Shown piece after piece: positions 25,454-30,911 of a DNA stretch of 30,911 nt. A model generated the notes under the pieces. The model saw only the letters and a program-made list of their open reading frames with translations. It made no database searches and had not been told where the DNA came from. A program made the translations under genes and the position numbers. How positions within the stretch are numbered: position 1 is the first letter of the stretch; the number at the start of each line of letters is the position of its first letter. The DNA comes from an uncultured Nitrosopumilales archaeon. GTDB lineage: Archaea; Thermoproteota; Nitrososphaeria; Nitrososphaerales; JACAEJ01. The stretch is from assembly GCA_964390155.1 (NCBI GenBank), contig CAYMHC010000001.1:1-30911 (forward strand). Direction: 5' to 3'.

Positions 25454-26569
25454 TCAATCACTTGTAGATTCGAGAGCTTCTATGAAACTGTCGTTCATAT
25501 ACGGTAAGCCAACAGTGACTCTTAAGCATCCTTCCAAGTTCAATACTGTTCCTATCTTTCTAACCAGTACGCCTTTGCTAAGGAGCTCACTGAAGACCTT
25601 CTCATAAGGCTTCATTACTTGGAATAGAATAAAGTTAGCATCGGACTTGAAGACCCTTACGCCTTTCATTAAGTTTAGCCTCTTCATCATCCTTTGTCTT
25701 TCTTCCTTCAATCCCTCTATACTTTCCTTGAATATGTCACTCTTATCAAGGGCTTTCAAAGCTAGCTTCAACCCAATACAGTTCAAAGAGTAGGGCAATT
25801 GGGCATATTCAAAGATGGCAGTTGCAATTTCGTTATTGGATAGAGCGTATCCTATCCTCGCACCAGCAAGACCAAAAGCCTTTGAGAATGTCCTAGTTAC
25901 TACGAGATTATCATACCTCTTTACAAACTTCACCAAAGAATTCTCTGCAAATTCTACGTATGCTTCATCTACTAGAACCAAGCCAGGAAAGTCCTCCACA
26001 ATGGCTTTAATTTCCTCTAATTCAAATTGGTTGCCTGTAGGATTATTCGGGGAGCAGATGAAGCACATCCCTACCTTATCTTTCGATGATTCTAGTATGC
26101 TCCTAATGTCAAGAGAAAAATCTTCCTTCAATGGAATTTCAAAGTAATTAGCTCCTAGGTGATTTACAGACCATTTGTACATTGAATAGGTAGGCTTAAT
26201 CGAGATAGCAACGCTGTCTTTTTTCAAGAAGGTTCGAATGATCAAGTCTATGATTTGATCGCTTCCATTTCCTAGAATTACGCAGTCTGAGGGTAGGCCA
26301 ACATATTTTCCTAAAGCATTTTTGAGCTCCGTTTCTCCTTCCTTGGAGTAAAGCCTTGGATCGATATCTTTGAGGACTTCATTTAGAAGAGAACGAAGGA
26401 ACTCTTTGGACAAGAAAAGGTTTTCATTTTGATTCAGTTTGATTACCCTTTCTGTCTCTATTCCTGTCTCTAAGGCTACATCCAATACTGATTCTGGCTT
26501 CACGTATCTAATGAAAGATTTGATTTCCTGCAATTTGCTTTGAAGCCATTCATCTGAAATTACGTTCAT
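25454..26569 (-). CDS. hisC: Histidinol-phosphate aminotransferase
   Basis: LNQNEN, GNGSDQII, CSPNNPTG, DEAYVEF and RTFSKAFGLAG.RIGY motifs; AAGGTGA SD 5 nt before ATG 26569. Confidence 0.96.
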   Translation of the reverse strand: MNVISDEWLQSKLQEIKSFIRYVKPESVLDVALETGIETERVIKLNQNENLFLSKEFLRSLLNEVLKDIDPRLYSKEGETELKNALGKYVGLPSDCVILGNGSDQIIDLIIRTFLKKDSVAISIKPTYSMYKWSVNHLGANYFEIPLKEDFSLDIRSILESSKDKVGMCFICSPNNPTGNQFELEEIKAIVEDFPGLVLVDEAYVEFAENSLVKFVKRYDNLVVTRTFSKAFGLAGARIGYALSNNEIATAIFEYAQLPYSLNCIGLKLALKALDKSDIFKESIEGLKEERQRMMKRLNLMKGVRVFKSDANFILFQVMKPYEKVFSELLSKGVLVRKIGTVLNLEGCLRVTVGLPYMNDSFIEALESTSD

Positions 26570-26594
26570 AGTATTCACCTTAAAATGACCAATC

Positions 26595-27887
26595 TTAGAA
26601 CCTCTCCTCCACAGCTATGGCATGATTTATCAATCCTTCTCTCCGGGCTAACGTACTGATGGGCTTCATCATTTTAAGTAAGCCTTTCCTAGAGCATTTC
26701 ACTACACAGACTCTCTTTACAAAGTCTATCACAGAAAGGTTGGAGTAGACTTTAGCATATCCTCCCGTAGGCAATATATGATTTGTCCCAACACAATAGT
26801 CGCCAGCAGAGACAGGACTATAAGGGCCCAGAAAGACCATTCCAGAGGATTTTATCCGCCCGATAATTTCACTGGCTTTCTTGGCTACTATCTCTAGGTG
26901 CTCAGGAGCAAAATCATTTGTGAAATCTATTGCATCATCCATATTGTCACAGATTACAACGAAGCCATTTTGAGTAAGGGCTTTCGTGACCATCTCCGCC
27001 CTCGCTAGATTTGACGCTAACTTCTCTAACTCTAACATGACTCTGCTTGCCAACTCTTTTGACGTGGTGACCAACCCGCATACACTTTCCGGCGAGTGTT
27101 CTGCTTGTGAAATCAGATCAAGGGCAATTAAGTACGGATTTGCTGAATCATCGGCGATTGTCAGTATTTCGCTTGGACCTGCTGGCATATCGACTGCTAC
27201 ATCCTTCGATGCTATTATCTTGGCAGTAGTAACGTACTTGTTTCCAGGTCCTACTATCTTCTTGACAGGCTTTATGCTTTCAGTACCGTAAGCCAAAGCC
27301 GCTATGGCATGAGCTCCCCCTACTTTGTATATCTCATCCACCCCACAAATATCTGATGCCACGAGAAGAATCGGATCGGGCTTACCGTCACTCATAGGCG
27401 GTGAGCAAACAGCTATGCGTGGCACTTCTGCAACCTTTGCTGGAACCACTGCCATTAGAAGGCTACTTGGATATGGTGTATAGCCCCCCGGAACATAGCA
27501 ACCTACGCTCTCGATAGGCAGTGTTAGACTGGATACCCTGACATCTTTTCCTCCAAAATACCATTTGAATTTCAACCTATTGAGAAAAGTCTTCTGAAAG
27601 TTTTCGATTCTTCTTTTCGAAAACTTTAATGCAGAGACTTCATCTTCATTGACGCTTTCATAGGCCCTATCGATATCTTCCCTCTCAACCTTGAATTTGT
27701 CAACATCAACTTTAACTCCATCATACCTTTTGACAAAATTGGTCAGAGCTCTGTCTCCATTCTTCTTAACCTCGTCCATTATCTCCTTTACATAGTTTTC
27801 TAATTCGCCAACCCGTTTTGGCGAATAATATCCTCTCTCTTCAAGAAGTTGGCTAGGAAAATCCGAAACCTTCCATGATCTAATTAT
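26595..27887 (-). CDS. hisD: Histidinol dehydrogenase, probable ATA start at 27887 (first in-frame ATG is 27779)
   Basis: GCYVPGG, IVGPGN.YV..AK, DMPAGPSE, SQAEH, PEHLE and GTNHILPT motifs. Frame is open for 36 codons above ATG 27779 and contains no in-frame ATG, GTG or TTG. Confidence 0.95.
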   Translation of the reverse strand: MIRSWKVSDFPSQLLEERGYYSPKRVGELENYVKEIMDEVKKNGDRALTNFVKRYDGVKVDVDKFKVEREDIDRAYESVNEDEVSALKFSKRRIENFQKTFLNRLKFKWYFGGKDVRVSSLTLPIESVGCYVPGGYTPYPSSLLMAVVPAKVAEVPRIAVCSPPMSDGKPDPILLVASDICGVDEIYKVGGAHAIAALAYGTESIKPVKKIVGPGNKYVTTAKIIASKDVAVDMPAGPSEILTIADDSANPYLIALDLISQAEHSPESVCGLVTTSKELASRVMLELEKLASNLARAEMVTKALTQNGFVVICDNMDDAIDFTNDFAPEHLEIVAKKASEIIGRIKSSGMVFLGPYSPVSAGDYCVGTNHILPTGGYAKVYSNLSVIDFVKRVCVVKCSRKGLLKMMKPISTLARREGLINHAIAVEERF

Positions 27888-28873
27888 TGTTCATCGCCTT
27901 TTTCCTTTGCGTCAAGAATCTCATCAAGAGATAGAACTTGTCTTGGTTCATAAACTACAAGACCTTGAGCTAACCTCCTCAACTTGGGCAAGAGCTCTAT
28001 GAAAATCTCTTTCTCTATGACCGTGTTCACAGAGTACCAACCCTTCTCCGATAGAGGAGATATCGTAGGCCTCTTAAGAGCTGGTAGTCGCCTTAGAATC
28101 TCTGGTAAATTTACCTCACTTACGTTGACGAATATATGTAGTTTCTTTCTTCCATCAACTACACCCTTTAGCAGAGTTAGTATATCGTAGATCTTCTCCC
28201 TCTTCTCAGCGTCTCTCAAGGCATCTTTGTTTGCAATCAGATAGGCTGTAGATTTGCCTACAGTTTCGATTATCTTAAGATTGTTTTGCTCTAGGGTCGT
28301 GCCAGTCTCTATCACATCCACTATAGCATCTGCAGTCTCCGGTGGCTTTGCTTCAGTTGCCCCAAAAGAGAGGTAGACGCTAACACCAGTGTTGTTGCCT
28401 ATCTTCCACCAAGGTGTTATGATCAAAGGATCAAGATCGCCATAGCACTTCTTGTACGCAGGATTAGATTTGAGGTGTGAAACAGTGATGTTAAGGTATT
28501 CTGTTGAAATCCTCAAATCTTTCTTTTCCTTCCAAAAGTTCTCAATAAGTTGAGAAAGCGAGTCTATAGCCCACGGCTTAGGAACCGCTAGTACGAGCCT
28601 AATTGCGCCATACTCTAGATTCAAAAGAACCTCTACATCGGAATTTGTCTCCTTTATCCAATCCAACCCAGTTATGCCTATATCTTGGAGGCCTTCTGCT
28701 ACGTAGATGGGTATTTCTTGTGGTCTTAATATTCTGGGCTCTATCTCAGAATCATTTATGGATGGACGATATGTGCGTTCTTGTCCTGATAAACTGTATC
28801 CAGCTTTTTTAAGAATCTCAAAAGTAGCATTCTCAAGTGAGCCTTTAGGAAGAGCAAACCTTACTTTGGCCAA
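27884..28873 (-). CDS. hisG: ATP phosphoribosyltransferase, long form with C-terminal regulatory domain and internal insertion
   Basis: ALPKGSL, RPQEIP, DIGITG.DW, SFGATEA and AIVDV.ETGTTL motifs; C-terminal PAL..PTISPL...W..V.TV; TTG start. Confidence 0.96.
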   Translation of the reverse strand: MAKVRFALPKGSLENATFEILKKAGYSLSGQERTYRPSINDSEIEPRILRPQEIPIYVAEGLQDIGITGLDWIKETNSDVEVLLNLEYGAIRLVLAVPKPWAIDSLSQLIENFWKEKKDLRISTEYLNITVSHLKSNPAYKKCYGDLDPLIITPWWKIGNNTGVSVYLSFGATEAKPPETADAIVDVIETGTTLEQNNLKIIETVGKSTAYLIANKDALRDAEKREKIYDILTLLKGVVDGRKKLHIFVNVSEVNLPEILRRLPALKRPTISPLSEKGWYSVNTVIEKEIFIELLPKLRRLAQGLVVYEPRQVLSLDEILDAKEKGDEQ

Positions 28874-29042
28874 TTCTCATCATCTCTTCTAGGCCTAAGT
28901 ATTTTGAGGGTTTTTTGATATTGAGCACTGTTTGTAAGACTGTTCCGACTAGGACGTGGGTACATTGAGGCGTATAATCTTCCATTTGCTATGAACTGAA
29001 TCCCCCACTTTTACCACTTAGAACCATGGGTTGCTATCTTTC

Positions 29043-29050
29043 TATTTAAA
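29043..29050 (-). promoter_or_regulatory. Putative TATA box (TTTAAATA) of the his operon
   Basis: Consensus TATA about 170 nt upstream of hisG, implying a long leader; alternatively a closer promoter is used. Confidence 0.4.
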
Positions 29051-29082
29051 CCTATTGCAAGGCAGTTATTCTTCTTATGGTT

Positions 29083-29277
29083 TCAATCGCAGGTCTCTAA
29101 AGCTATTGGACCATAATAACCACAGACTTTACACCTATATTCTTGGGGTATAAGCCATCCTCCAATAGGTGATGCCATCTCAAGATCGCTCAAACAACCA
29201 GGGCAGAGCTTCTTCCGCTTTATTGAAGTGTGGCGTAATCTTACCTCCAACCTTTCATTAGGATCGTCTTCTTGCAA
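29083..29277 (-). CDS. Small C2C2 zinc-ribbon protein
   Basis: CPGC...GWLIPQEYRCKVCGYYG pattern; follows aIF1 by 15 nt; TTG start. Confidence 0.75.
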   Translation of the reverse strand: MQEDDPNERLEVRLRHTSIKRKKLCPGCLSDLEMASPIGGWLIPQEYRCKVCGYYGPIALETCD

Positions 29278-29292
29278 GAGATTCCTCTCGCT

Positions 29293-29601
29293 TCACTGGA
29301 CTTCTATCGAGGATTCATCAAAGCCAAACTTAACCAGCTCTTCTTTGATGGTGTCTCTATGATCTCCTTGTAAGAGTATGTAGCCGTCCTTTGCGGTTCC
29401 ACCACAAGCCAACTTACTTTTTAATCTCTGGGCTATCCTGTTCAGATCTGTCCGTTTTGGGTTTAATCCCTCGATCATGGTAGTGGGTTTCCTAAACCTT
29501 CTCATCTCAAGGCGGACAACAACTCTTATCTCATCTTTTTCCAGCTCTTCGCAAACACAAAGATCAGTAGGTAGTCCACATTTTTTGCATACGCTTATCA
29601 T
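29293..29601 (-). CDS. sui1: Translation initiation factor aIF1 (SUI1/YciH)
   Basis: CKKCGLP.DLCVC, R.FRKPTT.IEG and LKSKLACGGT.K...I.LQGDHR motifs; GGAGG SD 7 nt before ATG. Confidence 0.96.
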   Translation of the reverse strand: MISVCKKCGLPTDLCVCEELEKDEIRVVVRLEMRRFRKPTTMIEGLNPKRTDLNRIAQRLKSKLACGGTAKDGYILLQGDHRDTIKEELVKFGFDESSIEVQ

Positions 29602-29783
29602 GCATTATCCTCCGCATGTTTGTTAATGGCTTCTGTAAAATGAGCCGATTCTCTTGTTGGACACTTTGTTACTACTGAATCTGTATAAATATGGCTTTTA
29701 GATATTGGTTTGAATTCCCCTCTTTTTGCTCTTGTAGATATTCTTGTTCCATGCATACGGCAGACTTTCAATATCGCTTCCAA
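29598..29783 (-). CDS. Possible upstream ORF (61 codons, TTG start) overlapping the aIF1 start by ATGA
   Basis: Begins about 20 nt below a TATA box, and its TGA overlaps the sui1 ATG. No recognisable family; may be a non-coding leader. Confidence 0.25.
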   Translation of the reverse strand: MEAILKVCRMHGTRISTRAKRGEFKPISKSHIYTDSVVTKCPTRESAHFTEAINKHAEDNA

Positions 29784-29803
29784 TAAGTGAGAATTATGGT
29801 GGT

Positions 29804-29813
29804 TATTTAAATA
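29804..29813. promoter_or_regulatory. Palindromic bidirectional TATA (TATTTAAATA) between the aIF1 unit and the aldolase gene
   Basis: Reads TTTAAATA on both strands within a divergent intergenic region. Confidence 0.6.
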
Positions 29814-29905
29814 TTTAGGCTCAACAAATTCTCAATTCACTAGAGGGGTGAAATCAAATCGCAAGTACAAATGAAGAGCGATTAAAGAGGGACATTGTCG
29901 AAAGT

Positions 29906-30448
29906 ATGGTAGATCTATACTTAAAGAGGCTTGTAACCAGTAAAAGTGGCAATATAAGTGCAAGAATTCCATCTACAAAATTTATTTGGATTACTCCTAC
30001 AGGCCTGAACAAGTCTCGGCTAAGGAAAGAGGATCTTGTCAAGTTAGACCTTGATGGTAAGGTCGTTGAAGGCAATAATATGCCATCTGTGGAATGGCGC
30101 CTTCATATAGGAATCTTGAAGGCAAGAAATGATGTCAATGCAGTAATTCATGCTCATAATCCTTTCACCTTAGGTGTCACTATGACCTCGAAGAGATTCA
30201 AGCCTGTTACTGCAGAAGCATCTATGATGCTGAAGGGAGTTAAAATTCTACCTTTCAAGAGACCTGGCTCCGAAGAATTTAGCAAAATGGTATGCAAAAG
30301 TATTGCTGGCAGAAACGTTCTGATAATTAGAAAACATGGCGTCATAGGAGTGGGATCGGATCTAAATGAAGCTAGGGCTGTAGTCGAAGCCATCGAGGAA
30401 GATGCCATAGTTCAGACGGTGATGAGGATCTTTCATAACAGCATATGA
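29906..30448 (+). CDS. Class II aldolase/adducin family protein (FucA/MtnB-like); true start probably upstream
   Basis: SGNISAR, ITPTG..K, PSVEWRLH, AVIHAH and RKHGV metal-ligand motifs; frame open up to 29852. Confidence 0.9.
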   Translation: MVDLYLKRLVTSKSGNISARIPSTKFIWITPTGLNKSRLRKEDLVKLDLDGKVVEGNNMPSVEWRLHIGILKARNDVNAVIHAHNPFTLGVTMTSKRFKPVTAEASMMLKGVKILPFKRPGSEEFSKMVCKSIAGRNVLIIRKHGVIGVGSDLNEARAVVEAIEEDAIVQTVMRIFHNSI

Positions 30449-30471
30449 CCACATTATACTTTTCCATATCT

Positions 30472-30909
30472 TCAAGTACTTTGAATGTTTACCATTTTCC
30501 AGATTGCGTTCTTAATTTCTTTGCCATATTTTGCTCCGTAATGGATTCCAGCTATTCTACCTGCGAACGGAAGTGCCGCTCGCTTGACGAATTTGTAAAG
30601 CAATGGATTCTGAATTCTATGTGATAAGAAGGCATCTTCCCAAATTCTGACATTATGTTCCCAGCATCGAATGAAGAATTCCCAGCGTGCTTTTGAAAGA
30701 GAGTCGAGCTCTGCTCCACTTTTGTTCATCAGAAGACTGTTTTCTAGCGGGACGAAAAGTAATGGAACGTAGAAGGCTTTATAATCTTTCAATTCATCCA
30801 TCAATTCAAGCGTTTCTATAACGTCTTCTTCCTTTTCATCTGGAAGCCCGATTATCAACGTTGCAAGAGGATACCAGTCATTATCGTTCATTATTCCGAA
30901 GGATTGGCA
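30472..30909 (-). CDS. C-terminal part of a radical SAM protein (B12-binding-type family likely), 5'-partial
   Basis: ATLIIGLPDE.EEDV.ETLEL...L.......PLLFVPL is typical of radical SAM TIM-barrel C-termini. Frame runs off the window and the CxxxCxxC motif is not visible. Confidence 0.65.
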   Translation of the reverse strand, partial: CQSFGIMNDNDWYPLATLIIGLPDEKEEDVIETLELMDELKDYKAFYVPLLFVPLENSLLMNKSGAELDSLSKARWEFFIRCWEHNVRIWEDAFLSHRIQNPLLYKFVKRAALPFAGRIAGIHYGAKYGKEIKNAIWKMVNIQST

Positions 30910-30911
30910 AA

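Noticed and set aside
28845-28985. Short ORF in the his leader as a possible attenuator peptide
   Set aside because: Only one His codon and no terminator/antiterminator pair.
191-30408. Numerous antisense or alternative-frame ORFs in the track (e.g. 2157-2891, 8052-8507, 8877-9368, 10492-11010, 17480-17785)
   Set aside because: They fully overlap well-supported genes and have no motifs; they are shadow ORFs.

Overview
Archaeal chromosomal window of mostly housekeeping and metabolic genes. The thermosome, ribosomal proteins and long HisG look Nitrososphaeria/TACK-like (my recognition, not a database result). In order: a partial DUF4268-type nuclease-like gene; a secreted protein with a C-terminal anchor; an FrhB/FpoF-family F420 oxidoreductase next to gdhA; tpiA and FBP aldolase/phosphatase; an ACT-type regulator divergent from a thermosome gene; an unannotated 45-aa zinc-finger microprotein; an isolated ribosomal block (rnp1-S17-L14-L24-S4e-L5-S14-S8); a three-gene ABC-2 exporter; a SAM methyltransferase; a SufS-like desulfurase; a rearranged EtfAB/FixCX set; a hisG-D-C-(HAD)-B-H-A-F-I operon lacking hisE; a Zn-ribbon protein; aIF1 (SUI1); a class II aldolase; and a partial radical SAM gene. 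I found no tRNA, rRNA, CRISPR array or transposase. Best leads: (1) signs of non-canonical translation initiation (ATA start for hisD in an ATAA stop/start overlap, a probable ATC start for the aldolase, and a TTG-start upstream ORF overlapping the aIF1 start); (2) two GC-rich, multi-hairpin intergenic segments that may be ncRNAs; (3) a possible F420/Etf-Fix/Gdh electron-flow module; (4) the missing HisE alongside an oversized HAD hydrolase.
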